Shown here: piece after piece, positions 1-8,796 of the stretch
Layout of the letters: every line of letters begins with the position of its first letter
Position numbering within the stretch: the stretch's first letter is position 1
Origin: Candidatus Pacearchaeota archaeon
GTDB lineage: Archaea; Nanobdellota; Nanobdellia; Pacearchaeales; GW2011-AR1
Direction: 5' to 3'
DNA: 43,938 bases
Assembly (NCBI GenBank): GCA_040879805.1
Contig: JBBDJP010000005.1
Location: forward strand, 1-43,938
Translations under genes and position numbers: made by a program
Notes under the pieces: model-generated
Databases searched by the model: none
Told to the model about the DNA's origin: nothing
Seen by the model: only the letters and a program-made list of their open reading frames with translations

Positions 1-2
1 CT

Positions 3-776
3 TTTAACAATTTTAAAAAAAGAGCTAAAATGGTTCTTAAAGAATTGAAAAAAGCTGAAAAAGAAACTGGATACAAAAAATTCTTCTTAGGTAATACTAC
101 TCATTCTGATGTTGATGAAATGTTGAACCGGGCTAATTTCCTAAAAAAGAATGGAGGGATATTCATGATGATGGATGTTATAACAACAGGTTTTGCAGCA
201 GTTCAAACTATTAGAAAGAATAATCCTGGACTTGCAATTCATGCCCACAGGGCAATGCACGGTTTTATTACAAGAGATAATTCTCCAGGAATTCATGGAA
301 ATGGAAAACTTTATGGATTTAGTATTTCTATGATTGCTCTTGCTAAAATATTCAGGCTCCTGGGAGTAGATTCAATTCACGGGGGTTCACCTCTTGCTAA
401 AATGGAGGATTATGGTGAAGCGAAATATATTCAACAGTTACTTCAAGAAAAAAACCTAAAACCCCATAAAAAAATTCCTACACTTGGACAAAATTGGTAT
501 CATATAAAACCTGTGTGGATGACCGCTTCTGGAGGTTTGCATCCTGGAGACTTTGAAGCTGTCTTAGATACTTTGGGGGAAGACATAATTATTCAATGTG
601 GAGGGGGATTACTTGGACATCCTGATGGGGTTGAGGCAGGAGTTATTGCAATTGAAGAAGCAAGAACAATTTATGAAAAAGGCGTGTCTCTTAGAAAATT
701 CGTTAAGGAAAATCCTGAAACTCCTTTGGCTAAGGCAGTCGAGCATTGGGGTTATGGACCTAAAATAGTTTATTGA
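3..776 (+). CDS. rbcL: Form III(-like) RuBisCO large subunit, C-terminal part (5'-truncated by window edge)
   Basis: Frame is open from nt 3 (FNNFKKRAKM...). Motifs HAHRAMHG, loop-6 Lys (AKMED), ASGG and GGGLLGHPDG match form III RuBisCO. Confidence 0.9.
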   Translation, partial: FNNFKKRAKMVLKELKKAEKETGYKKFFLGNTTHSDVDEMLNRANFLKKNGGIFMMMDVITTGFAAVQTIRKNNPGLAIHAHRAMHGFITRDNSPGIHGNGKLYGFSISMIALAKIFRLLGVDSIHGGSPLAKMEDYGEAKYIQQLLQEKNLKPHKKIPTLGQNWYHIKPVWMTASGGLHPGDFEAVLDTLGEDIIIQCGGGLLGHPDGVEAGVIAIEEARTIYEKGVSLRKFVKENPETPLAKAVEHWGYGPKIVY

Positions 777-1033
777 ATAAAATGGTAAAGAAAAAATCAA
801 AAAGTCAGATAAGAAAAATTAACCTAGAATTTAGAAAAGCTTCAAGCGCCGCAATAATTGGTGCGGCAGGATTTGTTGCAGGACTTGCATGGATGGATGT
901 AGTAAGAGAATTTTTTAACGAGGTTCTTGGATCAAACTCTCTTCAAAATTCTTTATTTTCTGCAATAGCTGTGACTATTCTTACAGTGATTATTATTATG
1001 ATTGTATCAAAGATAAAACCTTCTGAAGAGTAG
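773..1033 (+). CDS. Small 2-TM membrane protein (DUF5654-like)
   Basis: AAGFVAGLAWMD motif, two hydrophobic helices, overlaps the rbcL stop. Confidence 0.6.
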   Translation: MNKMVKKKSKSQIRKINLEFRKASSAAIIGAAGFVAGLAWMDVVREFFNEVLGSNSLQNSLFSAIAVTILTVIIIMIVSKIKPSEE

Positions 1034-1034
1034 A

Positions 1035-1487
1035 ATGAAATATAGAAAGGCTATTTTTATTGTAACTTACACAAAAACAAAAAAAGGATACGAATTTCTC
1101 ATTTTAAAAAGAAAATTACACTGGAGAGGTTGGGAATTTCCTAAAGGAGGCTTGAATTATTTTGAAACAAAGAAAAAGGCAGTTAGACGGGAGCTTAAAG
1201 AAGAAACAGGGCTCAAGCCAATAAAGATGAAAAAATTTGATTTCTCTGGAAAATATGAATATGGAAAAACTTTATCTGATAGGCCAATGTATGAAGGACA
1301 AACATTCCATCTATTTGCTACAGAAGTTAAAAAACCTGCAAAAGGAAGAATTAGAATAGATACAAAAGAACATTCAGATTATGAATGGGTAAGCCTTAAG
1401 AAAGCTATCAAAAAAGTTAAATGGGAAAATCAGAAGAATTCTCTTAAAATTATTGGAAATTGGTTAAAGAAAAAACCTAAAAACTAG
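1035..1487 (+). CDS. NUDIX hydrolase
   Basis: Nudix box GGLNYFETKKKAVRRELKEETG preceded by WEFPKG; EHSDYEW motif. Confidence 0.9.
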   Translation: MKYRKAIFIVTYTKTKKGYEFLILKRKLHWRGWEFPKGGLNYFETKKKAVRRELKEETGLKPIKMKKFDFSGKYEYGKTLSDRPMYEGQTFHLFATEVKKPAKGRIRIDTKEHSDYEWVSLKKAIKKVKWENQKNSLKIIGNWLKKKPKN

Positions 1488-1504
1488 AATTAACTCTCCA
1501 TACC

Positions 1505-1924
1505 ATGAAATTTAGAGAATTCAAACTTAGATCTGGATCAAAAATTTTTTTGGGAAGAGATGCAGAAAATAATGATCTTCTAATGAAAAAATTTGAAGGT
1601 AAAGAAAACATAATCTTACATACTAACTCTCCTGGAAGTCCTTTTGGTGTGATTGATAAAATAGAACCAAGTAAAGAAGATATTCAAGAAGGGGGAATTA
1701 TTGTAGCTAGTTATAGTCAAGACTGGAGAGATAATAGAAAAAATGTTCTGATTGATGTTTTCACTGGCAAGGATACTTCAAAACCAAAAGGTTACAAAAT
1801 TGGAAGCTGGAAGGTAAAAAGAGCAAAAAAGATTAGAATTAAAAAGGAGGATATTTTACAATTAGAAAAGGAAAAAAATGGCACAAGGACAGGTTCAACT
1901 AGGGAAAAAAGGAATAACAGATAA
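1505..1924 (+). CDS. NFACT RNA-binding domain protein (DUF814-like)
   Basis: GRDAENND and LHT-x-xPGSP motifs. Confidence 0.75.
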   Translation: MKFREFKLRSGSKIFLGRDAENNDLLMKKFEGKENIILHTNSPGSPFGVIDKIEPSKEDIQEGGIIVASYSQDWRDNRKNVLIDVFTGKDTSKPKGYKIGSWKVKRAKKIRIKKEDILQLEKEKNGTRTGSTREKRNNR

Positions 1925-2132
1925 TTTTATCGAAACTCTTAGAAATCACTTTAAAAAAAAGGAAAATGTGAAAATTAGTGTTTTAAAAAATTTGGGAAGA
2001 GATAAAAAAGATATGAAAAAAATTAAGGAGGATATTTTAAAAAAATTAGGGGAGAATTATATTGGAAAAATAATTGGATTTTCAATATTTCTAAAAAAAT
2101 GGAGAAAACCTGTAAGGAATAATTCAGAGTGA
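1878..2132 (+). CDS. YhbY/CRM-domain RNA-binding protein
   Basis: VQLGKKGIT and VKISVL motifs; typical position upstream of rps19e. Confidence 0.85.
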   Translation: MAQGQVQLGKKGITDNFIETLRNHFKKKENVKISVLKNLGRDKKDMKKIKEDILKKLGENYIGKIIGFSIFLKKWRKPVRNNSE

Positions 2133-2181
2133 TTTAATTAAATTAAGAAGATTTATAAACTGATTTTACAGTTTTGGTTTA

Positions 2182-2224
2182 GGTAAACTTCTCAATGAGA
2201 GGTTCTAACATCGAAAGATGTGCC
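2182..2224 (+). promoter_or_regulatory. Structured 5' leader of rps19e (two hairpins)
   Basis: AACTTCTC-AAT-GAGAGGTT and ACATC-GAAA-GATGT, downstream of a TTTATAAA box at ~2150. Confidence 0.4.
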
Positions 2225-2232
2225 AAGTTAAA

Positions 2233-2670
2233 ATGGAAAAAAAGCAAAACTTAGTATATGTGATTCCTAGTCAAGAATATAATCTTAAATTAGCTGAAGC
2301 TTTGAAAAAAATTCCTGAATTTAAAAGTCCTGATTGGGTGAGTTTTGTAAAATCTAGTTCTGGTAGATCAAGACCAATTGATGATCCTGATTTCTGGCAT
2401 AAAAGGGCTGCAAGCATTCTAAAACAAATTTATAAGAGAAAAATTGTTGGAGTAAATCGCCTTAAAACAAGGTATGGAGGAAAGAAGAATAGGGGAGGAA
2501 AACCAGAGAGATTTAAGAAAGGTGCAGGAAAGATAATTAGGACTATTCTTCAACAATCAGACAATGCAGGGTTTACAGAAATTGCAAAAAATATTAAAGG
2601 GGTAAAAAGCCGAAGACCTGGAAGAAAACTTACTGAAAAAGGAATAAAACTTTTGGAGGGGATTAATTAA
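2233..2670 (+). CDS. rps19e: 30S ribosomal protein S19e
   Basis: PDWVSFVKS, DFWHKRAASILKQIY, YGGKKNRG, IIRTILQQ; start moved from 2218 to ATG 2233. Confidence 0.95.
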   Translation: MEKKQNLVYVIPSQEYNLKLAEALKKIPEFKSPDWVSFVKSSSGRSRPIDDPDFWHKRAASILKQIYKRKIVGVNRLKTRYGGKKNRGGKPERFKKGAGKIIRTILQQSDNAGFTEIAKNIKGVKSRRPGRKLTEKGIKLLEGIN

Positions 2671-2671
2671 T

Positions 2672-2875
2672 ATGGGAATAAAAAATATTGAAAAGAAGGC
2701 TAAACTTGCAAAGAAAGCTAGGCAAACAAAATGGGCTCCTGTTTGGGCAGTTCTTAAAAAATACGGTCCTGGAAAAAGAGTTCATCCGTCTTCTATGACT
2801 AAACACAGAAGGTCCTGGAAAAGAACAAAACTTCATATTAAACCTAGAAAACAAAGAAAATCTCACTTTGGTTAA
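2672..2875 (+). CDS. rpl39e: 50S ribosomal protein L39e
   Basis: KLAKKARQTKWAPVW...RRSWKRTKL; synteny with rps19e and rpl31e. Confidence 0.88.
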   Translation: MGIKNIEKKAKLAKKARQTKWAPVWAVLKKYGPGKRVHPSSMTKHRRSWKRTKLHIKPRKQRKSHFG

Positions 2876-2896
2876 ATAAACTAAAATTTAATAAAA

Positions 2897-3451
2897 ATGG
2901 CTGAAAATAAAAATCCTAAAAATAAAATTGAAGAAAGGGAATATGTTATTCCACTTAGAAGAGAATGGAAAAAAGTTGCTAGGTATAAAAAAACAAATCG
3001 AGCTGTTAAAGCAGTTAAGAAATTCTTAGCTAGACATATGAAAATTCGCGATGGAGATTTAAATAAGATTAAAATTGATAGATATTTGAATGATTTTCTT
3101 TGGACAAATGGGATAAAGAATCCTCCATCTAAAGTTAAGGTTAAAGCTTACAAAGAAGAAGGAATAGTTAGGGTTGAGCTTTTGGATCTCACTGAAAAAT
3201 TGAAATTTAAGAAGGCTAAACTTGCAAAAAGAGAGAAGAAAGCCGTTGAAGTCCAATCAAATAAACCTGTAGTTAAAGAAAAAGAGGAAGAGAAAAAAGA
3301 TGATGATTCTAAGACCGAAAAAGAAGAGAAAAAAGCTGCAGTTGTTGAAGCTGGACAAAAACGTGCAAAGAAAGCTGCTAAAGTAGCAAAACACCAAACA
3401 AAATCTCCAAAACAAAAACAACCTCTGCAAAGAAAAACCTTAAAGAAGTAA
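2897..3451 (+). CDS. rpl31e: 50S ribosomal protein L31e with long charged C-terminal extension
   Basis: EREYVIPLR, RAVKAVKKFLARHMK, NPPSKVKV. Confidence 0.93.
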   Translation: MAENKNPKNKIEEREYVIPLRREWKKVARYKKTNRAVKAVKKFLARHMKIRDGDLNKIKIDRYLNDFLWTNGIKNPPSKVKVKAYKEEGIVRVELLDLTEKLKFKKAKLAKREKKAVEVQSNKPVVKEKEEEKKDDDSKTEKEEKKAAVVEAGQKRAKKAAKVAKHQTKSPKQKQPLQRKTLKK

Positions 3452-4078
3452 TTATTTCAAAACCTTCCCTGTTTCTTCATACCATAAATATAAGTCTAAT
3501 TCACCAAGAGGAATTCTTGTTTTTTCTGAAGTTTTTCTGAGAATATTCTCAACTTCCATATATTTTTTTGTTGTTAAAGTTTTTGGACGTTCAATTAGAT
3601 TTTGATTGACAAGTAAATCAAGAATATGAAAATCAATTATTGCAAGATTTTTGTAACCTATATTTCTAAGGAAATGTGAAGCTTCTTTCATTCCAATTCC
3701 TTTTATATTTTTAACAATCCATTCCCTCATTTTTATTTCATCTTTAAATTCCTGGAGAGTTTCTTTTATTGTGTCTTTTAACGGTTGGGCTTCTACAATA
3801 TATTTAGCTCTGGCATTTGGAAATCTGTGTCCAAGTTCAGCCAACTTTTTTGCAAGTTCTTTTTCAGATAAATGTAAAAATCCATCTCCAATTTCATTCT
3901 GAATTTTAATCCCACCGTGCGCAGAAAAGTTCGCCGTCATAAAACAAAAACAAAGTTCCTTGAAAATTTCATTTGAATTCTTTTTTCCAAGATCTTCAAA
4001 TTCCACCATTTTAGAATCAATCGTCTCTTTTACAGGAGAGTTTTTGTGTTTTTCAACTATTGCTATTACTTCTTTCAT
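3452..4078 (-). CDS. ogg: N-glycosylase/DNA lyase (8-oxoguanine glycosylase, archaeal Ogg type)
   Basis: ELCFCFMTAN, HRFPNARAKYI, HhH KGIGMKEASHFLRN, IIDFHI, LDLYLW. Confidence 0.93.
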   Translation of the reverse strand: MKEVIAIVEKHKNSPVKETIDSKMVEFEDLGKKNSNEIFKELCFCFMTANFSAHGGIKIQNEIGDGFLHLSEKELAKKLAELGHRFPNARAKYIVEAQPLKDTIKETLQEFKDEIKMREWIVKNIKGIGMKEASHFLRNIGYKNLAIIDFHILDLLVNQNLIERPKTLTTKKYMEVENILRKTSEKTRIPLGELDLYLWYEETGKVLK

Positions 4079-4704
4079 TTTATTTTCTTAATCTGTTTAA
4101 GTAATTCATCTTTCTTTTTCCTGCTTGTATAAGTCTTTCCAAATCTAACTAATGTTGAATTCACCCTATTCCAGTATTTTTTTGGAAGAATTTTCCTTAG
4201 ATCTTCTTCAATTTTATGTGGATTTTTGTTTTTTGTCCAATCAAGTTTTTGAGAGATGTATGAAACATGTGTATCCACCCCTATTCCCGATTCTCCAATT
4301 TCTGATAAAAAAACATTGGCAGTTTTTCTTCCGACTCCATCTAATTTTATTAATTCATTAATATTTTTAGGTACTTTTGAATTATAATTTTTAACAAGAG
4401 ATTTGGCACAAGATATTATGTTTTTAGATTTATTTTTATAGAAATTTATTGGTTTAATGATTTTTTTTACCTCACTTAGTTTCGCTTTTGATAATTTCTT
4501 TGCTGAAGGATATTCCTTAAAGAGTTTTGTAGAAATAGGGATTGTTACTTCGTCTCTTGTTCTTGCAGAGAGAATCGTTGATATCAGAATTTTAAATGGG
4601 CTATCCCACTTCTCTGCGGCAAGTCTCAATTCACCAGAATTTTTTCCTAATTTCTTTAATTCTCTCATTTGCTTAAGAATAGTTTTTCTTTGTATACTCA
4701 TCAA
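4075..4704 (-). CDS. nth: Endonuclease III lacking the C-terminal Fe-S motif
   Basis: LISTILSARTRD, HhH LDGVGRKTANV, VDTHV; no CxxxxxxCxxCxxxxxC motif. Confidence 0.88.
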   Translation of the reverse strand: MMSIQRKTILKQMRELKKLGKNSGELRLAAEKWDSPFKILISTILSARTRDEVTIPISTKLFKEYPSAKKLSKAKLSEVKKIIKPINFYKNKSKNIISCAKSLVKNYNSKVPKNINELIKLDGVGRKTANVFLSEIGESGIGVDTHVSYISQKLDWTKNKNPHKIEEDLRKILPKKYWNRVNSTLVRFGKTYTSRKKKDELLKQIKKIK

Positions 4705-4812
4705 AATTGAAACTCTTGGTTAATTAAAAGCTTTTTGATGAAATCTCCATAATTAAGCATTTTAAAGTAGTAAAAACAAAAAACTTAAATACTTTCATAA
4801 ATCTTGACAATT

Positions 4813-5124
4813 ATGGAAAAAATAAGTGAATATTCTGAGAAAGTTCAGATTGAAGAAAATCATAAAAGCATTTTAGAAAAAATTGGTCATGAAGGTCTAG
4901 TTGATGTTGTTTGGAATTCTCTCCCTTGGTATAAAAAAACTGCATTCCCTTTTGGAGTTTATGGAGTAAATGTTTATAAGAAAATATTAGCAAAAAGTGA
5001 AAATATCGATGAAGTTTTTATGGGTCACTCTGATGAATATGCTATTTCGCAAAAATTTAGATTAATGAGGCCTAAATTCAGAAAGGTAGAAAAGATTCTT
5101 AGAGAAAAATATAATATTGAATAA
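4813..5124 (+). CDS. Hypothetical protein
   Basis: ~103-aa ORF filling the gap between nth and truB; ATG 4813 preferred over TTG 4804. Confidence 0.55.
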   Translation: MEKISEYSEKVQIEENHKSILEKIGHEGLVDVVWNSLPWYKKTAFPFGVYGVNVYKKILAKSENIDEVFMGHSDEYAISQKFRLMRPKFRKVEKILREKYNIE

Positions 5125-5168
5125 TTTTAGTTGAAAAGATATTTATATATCATTTTTGTTCCTTCTTT

Positions 5169-6050
5169 ATGAATATTGGAAAAATAAAATCTGATAAGAC
5201 CATTAAAGAATTACTTGAGTTTGGAATAATAAATATTGATAAGCCTTCAGGACCAACATCATTTAATGTTTCTGATTTTGTTAGGAGAAAACTAGATTTG
5301 AGAAAAACTTCACACTTTGGGACATTGGATCCAAAAGTTACCGGAGTTTTACCAATAGCATTAAACAGGGCGTGCAAACTTACAGGATTTTTTTTAGGTG
5401 AAGATAAAGAATATGTTGGGGTAATGAGTGTTCATGAAAAAATTGATAAAAAGACTATTGAAAAAATTATTAAAGAAAACTTTATGGGAAAAATAACTCA
5501 ACTTCCACCTGTAAAATCAAGAGTTAAAAGGCAGGAAAGAGTTAGAGAAATAAAATCTTTTAAAATTTTAGAACAAGAAGATAAAAATTTTCTTTTTAAA
5601 GTTGAGTGTGAAGGTGGGACTTACATAAGAAAACTTGTACATGATTTGGGTGAAGAATTGGGAACTGGTGCACACATGTTGGAACTTCGAAGAATAAGGG
5701 CAGGGATCTTTAAAGAAGATGGAAAAAAATATCCTTCTGTGAATCTTTATGATTTTGAAAAAGCTGTTGAAGAATATGAAAAAGGGAATGAAAAACTCTT
5801 AAGAAAAATTGTAATTCCTGGTGAGATTGTCTCTGAATTATATCCTGCCGTTCAGGTTAAAAAAAATTATATGGGTAAATTGTTCAATGGAAGCCCTTTA
5901 CATAAAAAATATATTAAAGACAAAAAACTAGATTTGGAAGGAGAGAAGTTTTGTGCTTTCTCAAATAACAAATTTATTGGAGTTTATAGAAGAACATTGG
6001 AAAAAGAAATTCTTGGGAGACCTTTATTTGTCTTGCAGCCTTTGGTTTAA
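5169..6050 (+). CDS. truB: RNA-guided/tRNA pseudouridine synthase Cbf5 (TruB family)
   Basis: IDKPSGPTS, catalytic HFGTLDPKVTGVL, CEGGTYIRKL, LRRIRAG. Confidence 0.95.
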   Translation: MNIGKIKSDKTIKELLEFGIINIDKPSGPTSFNVSDFVRRKLDLRKTSHFGTLDPKVTGVLPIALNRACKLTGFFLGEDKEYVGVMSVHEKIDKKTIEKIIKENFMGKITQLPPVKSRVKRQERVREIKSFKILEQEDKNFLFKVECEGGTYIRKLVHDLGEELGTGAHMLELRRIRAGIFKEDGKKYPSVNLYDFEKAVEEYEKGNEKLLRKIVIPGEIVSELYPAVQVKKNYMGKLFNGSPLHKKYIKDKKLDLEGEKFCAFSNNKFIGVYRRTLEKEILGRPLFVLQPLV

Positions 6051-6132
6051 CATCGCGATTAAGAGAAGTTTGGCGTAGGCGAATTTTGGGAAATTTTCTG
6101 CAAGAAAATTTACCTCTTAATCGCTGTTATAC
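6045..6132 (-). other. Integron attC-like recombination site (88 bp)
   Basis: Minus strand reads GTATAAC-a-gcgattaagag...ctcttaatcgc-gat-GTTAAAC: R''/R' boxes, a perfect 11-bp inverted repeat (6055-6065/6114-6124), an asymmetric spacer and an internal hairpin (6091-6111). Confidence 0.7.
6046..6069. repeat. 24-bp direct repeat, copy 1 (tttaacatcgcgattaagagaagt)
   Basis: Exact match to 9977-10000; contains the truB stop codon. Confidence 0.97.
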
Positions 6133-6309
6133 GCGTCTGCTAAGACCGAACCATAGTCTGCAAGACGGTTTTTTGCGAAGCAAAAAAAATGGCGAAGAGT
6201 TAAATTTTCACGATAATAAATTTCGACCGTAGGAAGTGTATGTCCGAAGGACGAGGAGGCTTTTTTGTTTCTTTTTCTAAAGATATGCTTTAGATCAAAC
6301 CGAAACATA

Positions 6310-6334
6310 TTTAAATATCGGCATATAACGATAT
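6310..6334 (+). promoter_or_regulatory. ars promoter TATA box with ArsR-type operator
   Basis: TTTAAATA (6310-6317) overlapped by the inverted repeat ATATCG-N8-CGATAT (6315-6334), just upstream of the arsR ATG. Confidence 0.65.
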
Positions 6335-6337
6335 ATT

Positions 6338-6622
6338 ATGATTGATAAAAATATAAAATTATTATATGCTCTTAGTAATGAAACAAGAATAGAAATTTTG
6401 CAATATTTGCTTAATAGAGAATTATGTGCTTGTTCTATTCATCCTTTTATTGGAAAAGCTCAATCAACCATTTCGGGGCATTTAAAAATATTGGAAGAAG
6501 CAGGAATAATTGAATCCAAAAGGGTAGGGGTAAACATTTGGTACAGAATTAAAAGTAAAAAAGCTATACAGATTATGAAGATTCTAGGTATTCAAAAAAT
6601 TGAAAATAAAATAAATTGCTGA
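6338..6622 (+). CDS. arsR: ArsR/SmtB arsenic-responsive repressor
   Basis: ALSNETRIEIL, ELCAC metal site, QSTISGHLKIL HTH. Confidence 0.93.
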   Translation: MIDKNIKLLYALSNETRIEILQYLLNRELCACSIHPFIGKAQSTISGHLKILEEAGIIESKRVGVNIWYRIKSKKAIQIMKILGIQKIENKINC

Positions 6623-6631
6623 GGCATTAAT

Positions 6632-6955
6632 ATGGTAAAAGATAATTTAACTATTTATGAAGGAGTAATGTGTTGTCAAACGGGTTTATGTGGACCAGAA
6701 CCAGATAAAACCCTTATAGATCTAAATGAAACACTAAAAAAATTACAAAATGAATTTAGTGATTTAGAAATAAATAGGGCAAATATAACACACAACCTAA
6801 ATATGTTTTTAGAGAATAAAGAGATCTTCCAATTAGTTAAGGAAAAGGGGCAAGAAATTCTTCCAATCACTACTATTAATGGAAAAATTATTGCCAATCA
6901 AAAATATCTGAAATATGATGAAGTAAAAGAAATAATTAAGGAGACAAAAAAATGA
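6632..6955 (+). CDS. arsD: Arsenite metallochaperone ArsD
   Basis: IYEGVMCCQTGLCGP, LPITTING. Confidence 0.93.
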   Translation: MVKDNLTIYEGVMCCQTGLCGPEPDKTLIDLNETLKKLQNEFSDLEINRANITHNLNMFLENKEIFQLVKEKGQEILPITTINGKIIANQKYLKYDEVKEIIKETKK

Positions 6956-8796
6956 AAAATTTAAGCAAATTCATAAAACCTATTGCAGAAAACGAGACAA
7001 AATTCATATTCTTTAGTGGTAAAGGAGGGGTTGGAAAAAGTACAATGAGTTGTTCAACTGCTGTCTGGCTTGCTAATCAAGGATATAAAACTTTACTTGT
7101 GACAACTGATCCTGCACCAAATTTATCAGACATATTCGATCAAGAAATAGGCCATAGAGTGACTAAAATAAACAATATTCAAAATCTATCTGCTATAGAA
7201 ATCGACCCTGATGTTGCATCACAGGAATATAGGGAAAAAATAATGGCTCCGATGAGAAAATTATTGGATGAGAAAGATATCAAAATAGTAAACGAACAAT
7301 TGAACAGCCCTTGCGTTGAAGAAATTGCGGCTTTTGACAAATTTATAGAATTTATGGATAAACCAGACTATGATGTTGTGATATTTGATACAGCGCCAAC
7401 AGGACATACAATAAGATTATTAGAGCTTCCCTCTGGATGGAATGAATCGTTAAAAGGAGATTCTGCAACATGTATTGGTCCTAGTGCTTCACTACAAGAT
7501 GCAAAAGCGAGATATGAAAAAGCGATTTCGTATTTGCAAGATGAACAAAAAACCTCTTTTGTTTTTGTGTTAAAGCCAGAAAATTCTAGTGTGCTTGAAG
7601 TTGAAAGAAGTTCAGGAGAACTTGAAAAACTAGGTATAAATACCACTTTTTCTATAGTGAATGGGTTACTTCCTAATAATGCAATTACAGATGAATTCCT
7701 AAAGAAAAGAAAAGAGCAAGAGAACGCAGTCATTGAAAATATCAAAAATTCTTTTAAGACTCCTTTATTTTTTTATCCTCTTAAAGATTCTGAAGTTTCT
7801 GGATTAAAGTTGTTGGAATCAGTTGGAGATTTTTTGTATGAAGGAAAAGAAGAAGAAAATAGCGAGCCAAAACAGATTACTAAAGAAACAGAAGTTACGT
7901 TCGACAATAATCTTAAGGAAATACTCCCTGTACTTACTCCGTTAAGAGATAAAAGATATGTCTTTTTTACAGGCAAAGGAGGGGTTGGAAAAAGTACTGT
8001 TGCGTGTACAACTTCAGTATATATGGCTGAAAAAGGGTTAAAAACATTAATTGTAACGACTGATCCTGCATCTCATCTGCACGACATTTTTGGACAAGAA
8101 ATAAATCACGAACCAACTAAGATTAGAGCTGTGGATAATTTATTTGCTGCAAGAATTGATCAGAAGAAAGCATTAGAGGAATACAAAAAAAGAATTTTAG
8201 AAGCAGTAAAAGACAAGGACGAAGAAACAAAGAAATCTGTTGAGGAAGATTTAAACTCTCCGTGTGCTGAAGAAATGGCTGCGTTTGAGAAATTTATGAG
8301 TTATTTTGAAATCGAAGGATACGAAGTAATTATTTTTGATACAGCGCCAACAGGACACACTCTAAGGCTTTTGGAGCTTCCTTCTGATTGGAAAGGGTTT
8401 GTTGATTTAGGAACATTAACAAAGAATACATCTGGAGAGACTATGAGCAAGTACTCTAATGTTATAGATACTATGCGAAATAAGGACAAAAGTTCATTCA
8501 TTTTTGTGATGTATCCAGAGTACACGCCGATAATTGAAGCATGGCGTGCATCTGAGGACTTGAAAAAACAAGTCGGAATTGAAACAGCAGCTGTCGCAGT
8601 AAACAATCTGATTTCTCCACATTGGGGGCAAAACTCTTTCTTTAATAATCGAAGAATCCAACAATCCAAATACTTACAACTCATAAAAGAGAAGTTTGAA
8701 ATCCCCTCAATTTTTATTTCTTTACAAGAGGATGAACCAAAAGGAATTGATAATCTAAAGAGGCTTGGAAAAAATATTTTCGGAGGGCAAAAATGA
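6952..8796 (+). CDS. arsA: Arsenite-activated ATPase ArsA (two nucleotide-binding domains)
   Basis: Two GKGGVGKS and two DTAPTGHT motifs; metal-binding Cys in SPCVEE, ATCIGP and SPCAEE. Confidence 0.96.
   Translation: MKNLSKFIKPIAENETKFIFFSGKGGVGKSTMSCSTAVWLANQGYKTLLVTTDPAPNLSDIFDQEIGHRVTKINNIQNLSAIEIDPDVASQEYREKIMAPMRKLLDEKDIKIVNEQLNSPCVEEIAAFDKFIEFMDKPDYDVVIFDTAPTGHTIRLLELPSGWNESLKGDSATCIGPSASLQDAKARYEKAISYLQDEQKTSFVFVLKPENSSVLEVERSSGELEKLGINTTFSIVNGLLPNNAITDEFLKKRKEQENAVIENIKNSFKTPLFFYPLKDSEVSGLKLLESVGDFLYEGKEEENSEPKQITKETEVTFDNNLKEILPVLTPLRDKRYVFFTGKGGVGKSTVACTTSVYMAEKGLKTLIVTTDPASHLHDIFGQEINHEPTKIRAVDNLFAARIDQKKALEEYKKRILEAVKDKDEETKKSVEEDLNSPCAEEMAAFEKFMSYFEIEGYEVIIFDTAPTGHTLRLLELPSDWKGFVDLGTLTKNTSGETMSKYSNVIDTMRNKDKSSFIFVMYPEYTPIIEAWRASEDLKKQVGIETAAVAVNNLISPHWGQNSFFNNRRIQQSKYLQLIKEKFEIPSIFISLQEDEPKGIDNLKRLGKNIFGGQK

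Noticed and set aside
2670-3451. Absence of PDCD5/eIF6 near rps19e-rpl31e and of pcc1 between rpoP and pfdB
   Set aside because: Ordinary operon erosion in DPANN; absence from the genome cannot be inferred from one window
6117-6308. 63-aa minus-strand ORF as the cassette gene
   Set aside because: Runs through the hairpin cluster, has no recognisable motif, and is better explained as structured non-coding DNA
7021-8390. DNA repeats aaaggaggggttggaaaaagtac and gatacagcgccaacaggaca
   Set aside because: They are the duplicated Walker A and DTAP motifs of two-domain ArsA
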